Origin: an uncultured Acidobacteriota bacterium
Lineage (GTDB): Bacteria > Acidobacteriota > Terriglobia > UBA7540
DNA: 64,000 nt
Reading direction: 5' to 3'
NCBI GenBank assembly: GCA_963804995.1
Contig: CAWDSK010000002.1
Location: forward strand, 192,001 to 256,000
How positions within the stretch are numbered: position 1 is the stretch's first letter; each line of letters opens with the position of its first letter. A program made the position numbers and the translations under genes. This document shows, in pieces, positions 48,070 to 57,842 of this stretch. The notes beneath the pieces are model-generated. The model was not told where the DNA came from. It made no database searches and saw only the letters and a list, made by a program, of their open reading frames with translations.

Positions 48070-50094
48070 ATGAATCAAGTTGGTAGCGTCGGTTTGATCG
48101 CCGCCCTGGCCTTCGCGGCTTTCGCGGTGGTGGCAGGAGCCGTGGGAGGCAAGCTCCGCAGCGCCCGCGCTACCCGCAGCGCTGAGCGTGCCACGCTGGC
48201 ATTCTTCGCCATGATCACCGTGGCCATCGTGGCGCTGGAATACATGATCCTGACGAACGACTTCCACAATGCCTATGTGGCTGAGCACTCCAACCGCGAT
48301 CTGCTGACCTATTATAAGGTCGCGGCGCTGTGGGCCGGGCAGGAAGGCTCGCTGCTTTTCTGGACGTGGCTGCTTTCGATTTACAGCGCCCTGGTGGTCT
48401 GGCAGAACCGCAAGAAGAACCGCCAATTGATGCCTTACGTCGTCTCCGTGCTGATGGGCACGGGGACCTTCTTTTCGCTGCTCGTGTTCTTCGTGGCGAA
48501 TCCCTTCCAGGAACTCACGGTGGTTTCAAGCACGGGCACGCAGGCCTTTGTGGCGCCGGATGGCAATGGGCTGAATCCGCTGCTCCAATACCACTCGATG
48601 GTGATTCATCCGCCCATGCTCTACCTCGGTTACGTGGGCATGGTGGTGCCGTTCGCCTTCGCTATGGCGGCGCTCCTCACGCGGCAGTTGGGTGACAATT
48701 GGATTCGCACCACGCGGCGCTGGACGATGGTCCCCTGGATGCTCCTCGGCTGCGGAATCCTGCTGGGCGGCAACTGGGCTTACGCCGTGCTGGGCTGGGG
48801 CGGCTACTGGGGATGGGACCCGGTGGAGAACGCCTCGATCCTCCCCTGGCTCTCCGGGACGGCTTTCCTGCATTCGGTGATGATCCAGGAAAAGCGCGGC
48901 ATGTTGAAAGTCTGGAACGTCGTGCTGGTGATCCTGACCTTCTTCCTGAGCATCTTTGGCACGTTCCTGACGCGCAGCGGGATCGTTTCCTCCGTGCACG
49001 CCTTCGCGCAATCGAACATCGGCCCGTTCTTTGCCGTTTTTCTTTCCATCATTCTGTTCTTCTCGCTCACCCTGCTGTTTTTGCGGCTCGACCACCTGAA
49101 GAGCGAGAATAAGCTCGACTCCATGGTCTCACGCGAGAGCGGCTTTCTTTTCAATAACTGGATTCTGCTGGCGCTGGTGTTCGCAGTGCTATGGGGAACG
49201 TTGTTTCCGGTCATCTCGAAGGCCGTGCAAAACGTGACCGTAACGGTGGGCGCACCCTTCTTTAATAATGTTGCGATTCCCATGGGTCTGCTGCTCCTGC
49301 TGCTGACGGGAGCGGGCCCGTTGCTCGCGTGGCGGAAGACCTCGTTCCAAAGTTTGAAACGTAACTTCACAATGCCGCTGATCCTGGCGCTCGTTGCCGG
49401 CGCCGGCCTGGTGGTGGGCGGTGTTCGCCATTTCTACGCGTGGATGACGCTGGTTCTCTCCATCTTCGTCGCCATTTGCATCCTGGGGGAATTCTGGAAG
49501 GGTGCTCGGACGCGCATGAAGACTGCACAGGAAAACTTCGCCGTAGCGCTTTACAACCTGACAATGCGTAACACAAGGCGTTACGGCGGGTATATCGTGC
49601 ACATAGGAATTGTGCTACTTTTTGTCGGTTTTGCGGGCCAAGCCTTCAAGGTGGACACCAAGGGATTGATGCAGCAGGGCGACTTGCTGAGGGTGAAGAA
49701 TTATTTGCTGCGCTGCGACGGTCTCACGACCGGTGACAACCCCAACTACGAATACACGCGCGCGCTTATCAGTGTGACCAAGAATGGCGAGGCTTTCGCG
49801 TCGATGCATCCTGAGAAGCGCTTCTACAAAGCCAGCCAGCAACCCACCAGCTACGTGGCCATTCACCCCACGCTGTCAGAAGATGTGTATGTGGTACTCG
49901 CCGGTTTGGATCCCGACACGGGCAAGGCGATCGTACAAGTTTTCATCAATCCGCTGGTGATGTGGGTGTGGATCGGCGGCGTGGTGACGCTGCTGGGCAC
50001 CCTGCTGGCGCTCGTTCCCAGCCGCGTGGAGCGTGAGATGGAAGAAATGCGGCAAGCGCAGGAATTGGCGGTACAGGCAGGCGATGGGTTCTGA
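48070..50094 (+). CDS. ccmF: Cytochrome c heme lyase CcmF
   Basis: WAGQEGSLLFW, HPPMLYLG, WGGYWGWDPVENAS, SVHAF. Confidence 0.95.
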   Translation: MNQVGSVGLIAALAFAAFAVVAGAVGGKLRSARATRSAERATLAFFAMITVAIVALEYMILTNDFHNAYVAEHSNRDLLTYYKVAALWAGQEGSLLFWTWLLSIYSALVVWQNRKKNRQLMPYVVSVLMGTGTFFSLLVFFVANPFQELTVVSSTGTQAFVAPDGNGLNPLLQYHSMVIHPPMLYLGYVGMVVPFAFAMAALLTRQLGDNWIRTTRRWTMVPWMLLGCGILLGGNWAYAVLGWGGYWGWDPVENASILPWLSGTAFLHSVMIQEKRGMLKVWNVVLVILTFFLSIFGTFLTRSGIVSSVHAFAQSNIGPFFAVFLSIILFFSLTLLFLRLDHLKSENKLDSMVSRESGFLFNNWILLALVFAVLWGTLFPVISKAVQNVTVTVGAPFFNNVAIPMGLLLLLLTGAGPLLAWRKTSFQSLKRNFTMPLILALVAGAGLVVGGVRHFYAWMTLVLSIFVAICILGEFWKGARTRMKTAQENFAVALYNLTMRNTRRYGGYIVHIGIVLLFVGFAGQAFKVDTKGLMQQGDLLRVKNYLLRCDGLTTGDNPNYEYTRALISVTKNGEAFASMHPEKRFYKASQQPTSYVAIHPTLSEDVYVVLAGLDPDTGKAIVQVFINPLVMWVWIGGVVTLLGTLLALVPSRVEREMEEMRQAQELAVQAGDGF

Positions 50095-50322
50095 CGGGAA
50101 TTCGCTGCTTGGTGGATGGCATGCTGAATGACCCCCTCACCCCCGGCCCCTCTGTCGCCGTGGTGACCGAGGGGGGAGTTAATTTGGGTTTACTCGGATG
50201 AGTGAGGGAGGAATTCATTCCCCTCGCCCCTTTGGGGGAGAGGGTGGACCGCATCCGGCGTTTTCATCAGCCGGGGCGGGACGGGTGAGGGGGTTTCAGG
50301 TCGAACCCGGAACAGTTGTTCC

Positions 50323-50805
50323 ATGACAACACCTAGATTAGCTCCGGTCCTTCTGCTCGGCACGCTCCTCGGTGTGTCAGCAGCGCGCGGCGACAGTCCG
50401 CGACAGGTGACTTTGGACTCTCTCGGCAACCAGGTGCAGTGCGTGTGCGGCTGCATAGCCCCGCTCAATCAATGCCCGCACATCGATTGCGCCACGCGGA
50501 CCGAGATGCAAGCGTTCATGAAGAAGGAAATTGCGGAGGGCAAGGACGAGACCGCCATCCTCCAGGACCTTTCGCTCCGTTACGGAGTGCAGGTGCTGGC
50601 GGCTCCACCTGCCCGGGGGTTTAACCTGGCGGTTTGGATTCTGCCGGGTGTGGGCTTAATTGTGGGGCTCGGCGTCGTGGTGGTCATCGTGCGGCGCTGG
50701 CGGGGCAAGCCTGCTCCACTGGCGCCCGCGGCAGCTTCCATCCCCGCTGACCCCAAGATGCTGGCGGCGGTGGAAGAGGAAATGAAATCGACAGGGTTGG
50801 GATAG
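50323..50805 (+). CDS. ccmH: CcmH-like cytochrome c biogenesis protein
   Basis: CVCGC...C...C, RYGVQVLAAPPARGFN, C-terminal TM. Confidence 0.8.
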   Translation: MTTPRLAPVLLLGTLLGVSAARGDSPRQVTLDSLGNQVQCVCGCIAPLNQCPHIDCATRTEMQAFMKKEIAEGKDETAILQDLSLRYGVQVLAAPPARGFNLAVWILPGVGLIVGLGVVVVIVRRWRGKPAPLAPAAASIPADPKMLAAVEEEMKSTGLG

Positions 50806-50806
50806 T

Positions 50807-51256
50807 ATGACACTTGGCATTGCAGTTCTGATGGCTGTCGGATTGGCTGTCTATATCATCTTTCCGCTGCTGAGCGCAGAAACCGCGGGTGGCTCATTGC
50901 CCGTGGATGTGACCGTGCTTGGCGATCTGAAGCGCCGTCGCCTGGTGGTTTATGACAACTTGAAGGACCTGGAATTTGAATTTCAGTCCGGCAAGATTGC
51001 CCAGCAGGATTACGAAGCGCTGCGTACGAATTATCTTGGCGAAGCCACGGCGCTGATGGCCGCAACCCAGGATGCGGAGCAGGTCAAAGAAAATGAAGCG
51101 ATGATCGAACGCGAAGTCGCGGCGCGGCGGGCGCAGAGGAAAAAACAGCCCAAAGACGAGTACGCCTGCCCGGCCTGCGGCTATGAGAATCCCTTGCCGG
51201 TGAAGTTTTGTGGAGAGTGCGGAGCGCGAATCGTTAATTCGCCGAAGAAGGTGTGA
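50807..51256 (+). CDS. CcmI N-terminal-like membrane protein with zinc ribbon
   Basis: LKDLEFEFQSGKI..DY; CPACG..FCGECG. Confidence 0.7.
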   Translation: MTLGIAVLMAVGLAVYIIFPLLSAETAGGSLPVDVTVLGDLKRRRLVVYDNLKDLEFEFQSGKIAQQDYEALRTNYLGEATALMAATQDAEQVKENEAMIEREVAARRAQRKKQPKDEYACPACGYENPLPVKFCGECGARIVNSPKKV

Positions 51257-51362
51257 AGCGGTGCGGAAGAGCAGTAGGCAGAAGGCAGAAGGCGGTAGGC
51301 AGCGAGCATGGTTGGCGAGTCCCGATATGTCGGGCTAGGCAATGTGCAAGGGCGAAGAACAA

Positions 51363-51476
51363 GTCAAAAGTCAAAAGGCAAAAGTAAGAACCCATGAAAC
51401 CTTCTTTCGGTCGTTGTGATCAATGCAGGGGTTTTGGCTTTCGACTTTTGACTTTTGCATTTTGCCTTTTGACTTG
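51363..51476. repeat. Heptamer inverted repeat (gtcaaaa / ttttgac)
   Basis: Tandem 7-mers in both orientations. Confidence 0.65.
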
Positions 51477-51530
51477 TTTTTCCCCTTTGGACAGGCCTGG
51501 CCCTCAAGCCGGCCTCCAGGTCAACCCAAA

Positions 51531-52778
51531 GTGAATTTACTTCATTCCAAACTCCGCTGGACTCTCGTTGCGTGTGCACTACTACTGGGCGCAGCCTTTC
51601 CTCTTGATGGCGCCCAGGTCAAGATCCAGGGGCAGGTGTCAAACGGCACAACTGGTAAGCCCGTCGCGAACCAGACCCTTCAGCTTCTGATGCCGCGGGG
51701 CGGAATGCAGCAGGTGGCGACGGCGGCGACCGATAACAGTGGCCATTTCGTTATTTCCTCAAGCGAACTCGACCCGGCTTCGTTCTATTTGCTCCAGGCG
51801 ACCTACCAGGATGTGAATTATCACGCCCCCGTCAAGTTCGACGCCGACGGCACAGCCCAGATTGACGTCACAGTTTACGACGCCACACACTCCGAACCCA
51901 CGCTGCGGATTCAATCCGCACGTGTCATCGTGCGCGTGGAGGGCGGCAAAGCTCGCGTGCAGGAAATGTTTGCGGTTCGCAACTCCACTTCCCCGCCGCA
52001 CAGTTATGTGAACCCCGACGGAACGTTCCACTTCCGGCTTCCCAAGGCTGCGGGCGAGCCCACGGCGGCGGTTGCCGGATTGATGAACATGCCGCTGCCG
52101 CAGCCTGTCAATCCCGGGAAAGGGCCGGGAGATTTCTATCTTCAATATGCGCTTAAGCCCGGCCTGACGGTGATGATGGTGGCTTACGACGCGGATTACG
52201 CGGGAAACAAGTTGGAACTCGGCGACTCCGTTACGTATCCCATCGAGGCTGCGGAGCTGTTCGTTTCGCCACCGGGCCTTGAGGTAGAATCAGCGCTATT
52301 CAAATCCGCCGGGACTGACGCAGAAACCGGCAGCCAGAAATATTCCGCCGAAAACCTGAAGGCCGGCGCGGCGCTTGCCGCAACCGTCAGTGGAGAAGCG
52401 GCAACAAGTGAACCTGCCACGAGCCAGGCAGAAGCGCAGGTGAAGAGCCTTCCTAATTCCATGACGCGCCTGGGCGGACCGCTGCTCGCCTGCTTCCTGC
52501 TGGTCTTGCTGTGGGGGCTGGGCGTGCGCGTCGCCAAGGAGTGGCCCGCGTGGAAGGCCCGGCAAAGCGCCAGCCAGATTCAGAAGAAGCTTGCGGCCGA
52601 GGTGGAGGCGTTGTTAAATGCCCTGGCGGACCTGGATGAACTTTTCGCCGACGGCAAAATTGCAGAAAAGCCTTACTGGAAAGAGCGCCTAGAACTGAAA
52701 GCGCGGTTGGTGGCGACGCTCAAGAAAGCGCCCCCCGCCCTGCTCGACTCTTATGCCACCCGACACAATCCCCGTTAG
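51531..52778 (+). CDS. ccm-associated membrane protein (beta-sandwich periplasmic domains plus C-terminal helical domain)
   Basis: Signal peptide, IQGQVSNGTTGKPV, ATDNSGHF, TM, LADLDELFADGKI; start codon uncertain. Confidence 0.7.
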   Translation: MNLLHSKLRWTLVACALLLGAAFPLDGAQVKIQGQVSNGTTGKPVANQTLQLLMPRGGMQQVATAATDNSGHFVISSSELDPASFYLLQATYQDVNYHAPVKFDADGTAQIDVTVYDATHSEPTLRIQSARVIVRVEGGKARVQEMFAVRNSTSPPHSYVNPDGTFHFRLPKAAGEPTAAVAGLMNMPLPQPVNPGKGPGDFYLQYALKPGLTVMMVAYDADYAGNKLELGDSVTYPIEAAELFVSPPGLEVESALFKSAGTDAETGSQKYSAENLKAGAALAATVSGEAATSEPATSQAEAQVKSLPNSMTRLGGPLLACFLLVLLWGLGVRVAKEWPAWKARQSASQIQKKLAAEVEALLNALADLDELFADGKIAEKPYWKERLELKARLVATLKKAPPALLDSYATRHNPR

Positions 52779-53468
52779 GCGCGCGCTCGAACTACGCGAC
52801 GTTTCCAAACAATTCGGCCACCTGCAAGCGTTGAGTGAAGTGTGCCTGCACGTTGAGCCGGGTGACTCGGTTCTGCTCTATGGGCCGAATGGCGCGGGCA
52901 AGACCACGCTGTTGCGCGTGCTGGCCACGCTGGCACGGCCGAGCGAGGGCCAAGTCCTCTACGCCGACGGCGACGTGCACCAGAATCCCGCCGCGGCGAA
53001 GGCCGCTATCGGATTCGTTTCCCACACAACCTTTCTCTATGGCGAGCTGAGCGCTTGCGAGAACCTGGAATTTGCCGGAACGCTCTTCGGCCTGGCAGAT
53101 TTGCCGCGGCGGATTGCCGCCGCGCTCGATCTCTTCCACTTGCGCGAGCGGGCCAGGACTCCGGTGCGTGAACTCTCGCGGGGATATCAGCAGCGCGTTT
53201 CACTTGCGCGGGCGGTTTTGCACGACCCGCAATTTCTGCTGCTGGATGAACCCTTCACGGGACTGGATGCGGCCTCCACGGAATCCCTCAGAGCCTCATG
53301 AAGCGCTGGCAGTCACAAGGCAAGGCCCTGATCTTTTCAACTCACGATTTTGAGCAGGGCGCGGCGATTGCGCACCGGTTGGTGGCCCTCGAAGCGGGAA
53401 AGGTTCGTTATGACGGGCCACTCGCCCTGGCGCCGCTGGCAGCGTTGAGAATAGAAGTTAGAAGCTAG
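52753..53468 (+). CDS. ccmA: Heme ABC exporter ATP-binding protein CcmA, frameshifted near 53290
   Basis: GPNGAGKT, LSRGYQQR, LLLDEPFTGLD; H-loop FSTHD in the shifted frame, stop at 53466-53468. Confidence 0.85.
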
Positions 53469-53545
53469 GAGTGTGGAGCCAGGAGTGAGGAGCGAGAAGT
53501 GAGGAGTTAGAAGCTAGGAGTCAGGAGTCAGAAGCCAGGAGAGAA

Positions 53546-53677
53546 CACGGGTGGCGCATACATTGCTTTTCATGTATGCGCTCAACCAAGGCTGCAACCG
53601 AGGGGTGGCTCACGTGCTGTGAGGTCGTCTCAGAGGACGGGGCGCATACATAAAAGGCAATGTATGCGCCACCCGTG
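53546..53677. repeat. REP-like doublet GGGTGGCGCATACATTGCTTTTCATGTATGCG and its inverted copy
   Basis: Inverted pair of hairpins. Confidence 0.7.
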
Positions 53678-53870
53678 AAAGAGATTGCGGAAGGCAGCAA
53701 GCAGAAGGCGGAAGTGGTAGCGCGGACCCCCGTTTTTGGGGTCCGCGGTTCTTCATCGGGAATTATCGCAAATGTTAAACACAGACGTGTGCGCCGTGCC
53801 TGCTTCTTGGCCACGGGACATTCTCTCAGATGACGCACGAAGAACCGCAGACCTCAACGGCGGAGGTCTG

Positions 53871-55783
53871 GTGCGCCGGGATAAACCGGCAGAAAGCAGA
53901 GAATGAAAATTTCTCACGAGGAAGGAGTAGCGATCCACTCGGCCCCGAGTTTTGCGCTGGGCGTCGTGAGGCGCACGGTGAAGCGTAAACAGGGGAATAG
54001 GTGGGCTGGGTATTGAGCTTCGAAAATGTCCAATCAGGACGCCGACGTTTTCAGACTAAACGGAAGGCAACATGAGGCCGGGACGCCAACGCGAGTTCCG
54101 GCACAGTCCTGCGTAGTCGTAGACCCCAGACACGCCTAGACACTTTCTGCACGAGAACCGGGAGACCTCGGAGGCGCCGGCCGCCGTAGATCGTGGCCGG
54201 ACGGCGGGAAAAGGCGATGGCCGTACAGCCCGCCTGCACGCTTTCGAGGAGTCGGACAGCGGAACAGTACCGATGAATCATTTGAACAAAGACGGGAAGC
54301 CGTTGGCGGAGAATGAGGAGGGAAGGCCGCTGATCAAGGAGAACACCCGTTGGCCTAACACGCACCCGACACAGAGCGGGGCACGCGTGTCCCAGGGACT
54401 CGCGGGTGTGCGGAAAGCCGCGAAGGAACACAGGGAGATGAAGTTCACGGCCTTGCTCCACCACTTAACGGTCGATCTGCTGCGGGAAAGCTTTTACGCC
54501 TTGAAGCGAAAAGCTGCACCGGGAGTAGACGGCATGACGTGGCAGGAGTATGAAAGCGGGCTGGAAGGTCGACTCGTCGATCTGCACAGCCGGGTCCACC
54601 GCGGAGCATTCCGAGCGAAGCCCTCGCGAAGGGCGTATATCCCGAAAGGCGACGGGCGGCAACGTCCGTTGGGGGTTGCGGCACTGGAGGACAAGATCGT
54701 CCAACAGGCCGTGGTCACCATCCTCAATGCGATTTACGAGGAAGACTTTCTGGGCTTCTCGTATGGCTTTCGACCGGGATGCAGCCAGCATCAAGCGCTG
54801 GACGCGCTCTCGTACGCGCTCACGGTGAAGCACGTGAACTACGTTCTTGACGCGGACATTCGTGGATTTTTCGATTCGATATCCCACGAATGGATGCTCA
54901 AGTTCGTGCAGCATCGCGTCGCCGACCCCCGGATTCTCCGGCTCATCCAGAAATGGCTGAAAGCCGGGGTGAGGGAGGAAGGCGAATGGTCGGAGACGGA
55001 GATGGGTACGCCACAAGGGGCGGTGGTCTCGCCCCTGCTGGCGAATATCTATCTGCACTACGTCTTTGACCTGTGGGTGCAGGCGTGGCGCAAGAAGCAC
55101 GCCCGGGGAGACGTGGTCGTGGTGCGGTATGCCGACGATACGGTCCTTGGATTCCAATCGCAGACGGAAGCCGACCGCTTTCTGGAGGATTTCCGGGAGC
55201 GGGTGGGGAAGTTTGGATTGGAACTGCATCCTGACAAAACGCGCCGGATCGAGTTCGGGCCGTTTGCCGAACTTTACCGGAAACGGAGAGGAGAAGGTAA
55301 GCCGGAGACGTTCGACTTTCTGGGCTTCACGCATATCAGCGGGAAGAACCGGAGGGGGCAATTTACCGTGAAGCGGAAGACGATCAGCAAGCGCCTGCGG
55401 GGGAAGTTGCAGGAACTCAAGCAACAACTCCGGCAGCGTCGGCACGATCCCATCGCGGATACGGGTAAATGGCTCCGGTCGGTCGTGCAAGGCTACTTCA
55501 ACTATCACGCGGTACCGGGAAACCTCGACCGCCTGCGAATCTTTCGGGAACGGTTGACCCGACTGTGGCGAACACAACTGCGTCAACGCAGTCAACGCCA
55601 CCGCCTCAACTGGGACCGACTGGGGAAGCTTGCGGCCTGCTGGTTGCCTGCTCCGCACGTTGTGCATCCTTGGCCATCCCAACGGTTCGCCGCCACACAT
55701 CCGAGATAAGAGCCGTATGCGCTAACCAGCGCACGTACGGATCCGTGCGGGGGGTACCGGGTAACCGGTATCCCTACCGCAAC
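53871..55783 (+). mobile_element. Complete group II intron (1913 nt) inserted in a REP
   Basis: 5' GTGCG; domain V GAGCCGTATGCG...CGCACGTACGGATC; domain VI ending AAC; flanks rejoin to the REP GGAGGTCTG|CGCTACG. Confidence 0.92.
54273..55709 (+). CDS. ltrA: Group II intron reverse transcriptase/maturase, no endonuclease domain
   Basis: APGVDG, RPLG, SYGFRPG, GTPQG, RYADD, FDFLGF, GYFNYH. Confidence 0.95.
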   Translation: MNHLNKDGKPLAENEEGRPLIKENTRWPNTHPTQSGARVSQGLAGVRKAAKEHREMKFTALLHHLTVDLLRESFYALKRKAAPGVDGMTWQEYESGLEGRLVDLHSRVHRGAFRAKPSRRAYIPKGDGRQRPLGVAALEDKIVQQAVVTILNAIYEEDFLGFSYGFRPGCSQHQALDALSYALTVKHVNYVLDADIRGFFDSISHEWMLKFVQHRVADPRILRLIQKWLKAGVREEGEWSETEMGTPQGAVVSPLLANIYLHYVFDLWVQAWRKKHARGDVVVVRYADDTVLGFQSQTEADRFLEDFRERVGKFGLELHPDKTRRIEFGPFAELYRKRRGEGKPETFDFLGFTHISGKNRRGQFTVKRKTISKRLRGKLQELKQQLRQRRHDPIADTGKWLRSVVQGYFNYHAVPGNLDRLRIFRERLTRLWRTQLRQRSQRHRLNWDRLGKLAACWLPAPHVVHPWPSQRFAATHPR

Positions 55784-55868
55784 CGCTACGATTATTTCTC
55801 GACACGAAAGGGAATCAGGAGGTTTTATTCTAGCTTCTAACTCCTGACTCCTGGCTTCTTACCGACAC

Positions 55869-56546
55869 ATGCAAACGCTCCGCGTGGTCTTCGCCATTTT
55901 CGTGAAGGATTTGCGCCTCGAATGGCGTCACCGCGAGACGCTTGCCTCCATGTGTATCTTCGGCCTCCTGGTGGTGTTCCTGTTCAACTTTGCCTTTGAG
56001 CCGGCGCGCGAGGAATCCTTGCGCCTGCTGCCCGGGCTTCTGTGGATTGCGTTTGCCTTTGCGGGTGTGCTGGGATTCAACCGTTCATTCGCAGCGGAGC
56101 GGGAAAACGCGGCGCTGGAGGGAATGCGCCTGGCTCCGATCGATTCAGGGGCGATTTATCTTGGCAAGATGCTGGCCAACCTGCTGTTTCTCAGCATTGC
56201 CGAGGTCCTCGTGGTGTTCGCGGCTAGCCTCTGGTATAACTTTTCTTTCCTGCCCGCACTCGGGGGATTTGCGCTGATCACGTTTTTCTGTACGCTAGGT
56301 TATGTGGCGGTCGGCACCACGTTCGCGGCAGTCGCTGCCAATACCCGTATGCGCGAGGTGATGCTCCCAGTGCTGCAGTTTCCGGTGGCCGTCCCGGTGT
56401 TCATCGCGGGAGTGGAAGGTTCAACCGGAGCGCTCAAAGGCGACCCGATGAGCGACTACGCGGGCTGGATCAAACTGGCGGCGGGATTCAGCATCATCTT
56501 CGTGGTCTTGTCGTATATGCTGTTTGAGTTTGTTTTGGAGGAGTAG
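55869..56546 (+). CDS. ccmB: Heme exporter CcmB
   Basis: KDLRLEWR, LLWIA, REVMLPVLQFP. Confidence 0.9.
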   Translation: MQTLRVVFAIFVKDLRLEWRHRETLASMCIFGLLVVFLFNFAFEPAREESLRLLPGLLWIAFAFAGVLGFNRSFAAERENAALEGMRLAPIDSGAIYLGKMLANLLFLSIAEVLVVFAASLWYNFSFLPALGGFALITFFCTLGYVAVGTTFAAVAANTRMREVMLPVLQFPVAVPVFIAGVEGSTGALKGDPMSDYAGWIKLAAGFSIIFVVLSYMLFEFVLEE

Positions 56547-56564
56547 TACGTCGCCGGGAAAGAG

Positions 56565-56620
56565 CGAAATTCGAAAATCGAAACTCGAAAATCGGCCCGA
56601 GTTTCGAATTTCGAGTTTCG
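56565..56620. repeat. Heptamer inverted repeat (tcgaaa / tttcga)
   Basis: Same family at 60103-60187. Confidence 0.6.
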
Positions 56621-56647
56621 TCCTTTGTTGACTGACGGCAGCGGCGT

Positions 56648-57361
56648 ATGGACCAAGAACACCCGATGAAGAATATTTTCCCACCCATCGTTCACCTGCT
56701 CGTGACGCTTGTGTGGCTCGGCGTGGCGACGTACCTGATTTTTCTCTACGCGCCCCAGGAACTCACCATGGGCGAGGTGCAGCGCATTTTCTACATCCAT
56801 GTGTCGTCGGCGTGGACGGCGTTGCTGGCTTATTTCCTGATTTTTCTCGGCAGTGTCGGATATTTGTGGAAGCGCTCCATGGTGGCGGATGATTTCGCGC
56901 ACGCGGCGGGGGAAGTGGGATTTGTCTTCTGCACCTGTGTGCTGGTGACCGGGCCGCTCTGGGCGAAACCGGTTTGGGGTATCTGGTGGACGTGGGACGC
57001 GCGCCTGACGCTTACTTTCGTCCTCTGGCTCTTGTTCGTGGCCTACCTGATGCTGCGGAGTTACGTCCTCAACCCCGCGCGTGCGGCGGTGCTGGCGGCG
57101 GTGGTGGGCATTATCGGCTTTGTTGATGTGCCGATTGATTACATGGCGATCCGCTGGTGGCGAACCCAGCATCCGCAACCGGTGATTGCGGGCGGGGAGG
57201 GCTCGGGGCTCGACCCGCAAATGTGGGTGACGCTTCTGGTGACCTGGGGCGCGTTCCTGTGCCTGTTCTCTTACTTAGTGCGGCAATACCTGCGGCTGGC
57301 GGCGACGCGGCGCGAGGTTGCGCACCTCCGGCGCTTGCTGGGTTCATCCCTGAGGGCATAG
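56648..57361 (+). CDS. ccmC: Heme exporter CcmC
   Basis: RIFYIHV, WAKPVWGIWWTWDARLT, WWRTQHP. Confidence 0.95.
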   Translation: MDQEHPMKNIFPPIVHLLVTLVWLGVATYLIFLYAPQELTMGEVQRIFYIHVSSAWTALLAYFLIFLGSVGYLWKRSMVADDFAHAAGEVGFVFCTCVLVTGPLWAKPVWGIWWTWDARLTLTFVLWLLFVAYLMLRSYVLNPARAAVLAAVVGIIGFVDVPIDYMAIRWWRTQHPQPVIAGGEGSGLDPQMWVTLLVTWGAFLCLFSYLVRQYLRLAATRREVAHLRRLLGSSLRA

Positions 57362-57362
57362 C

Positions 57363-57524
57363 ATGAGCAACTCATACCTGGTTCTCGCATACTGGTTCCT
57401 GTGGATCATCTTTATGCTCTATGGGCTGGCAACCCAGCGCCGCCAAGGGCGGATTGAAAAGGAACTCGAAGAGCTGAAGAAGGCTCTCGACGCGCGGGAT
57501 GGGCGCGGTTCCGGCACTCCCTGA
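57363..57524 (+). CDS. ccmD: CcmD-like small membrane protein
   Basis: Not in the ORF track: MSNSYLVLAYWFLWIIFMLYGLATQRRQGRIEKELEELKK..., directly after ccmC. Confidence 0.75.
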   Translation: MSNSYLVLAYWFLWIIFMLYGLATQRRQGRIEKELEELKKALDARDGRGSGTP

Positions 57525-57842
57525 GGCGACCCAAACCTGCGGCCGCTGACCCCTACACGCGCGGCTCAAGTTGTGATATGTTGGCTTTGCAGCAGGTTTA
57601 AATCCCAGTGGTTAGCTTGGAGGTTGCCCGGATCCAGGGCAGGCGCCTTCTTCCTCGTGCGTGGCTGGGGAATTCTCCCTTTTGGAGTGGAGAAGAATAC
57701 GCTTGCGTGCATTCATCGTGAGGGCAGGTCAGGCTCCAGGAAATCCCCGGCTTCGGCAACATCCCTGGAGCTTAATTTAGAGAGATGCGCGCGCGCCGTC
57801 TTGGGTGTGAAAAGGTTACACCTCCATCCCTAAAGAAGAAGC

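Noticed and set aside
54465..55700. 411-aa minus-strand ORF
   Set aside because: Antisense shadow of the intron reverse transcriptase.
54273..55709. Retron or DGR reverse transcriptase
   Set aside because: Canonical group II intron boundaries, domains V and VI and a maturase region are present; no TR/VR pair or msr-msd is seen.
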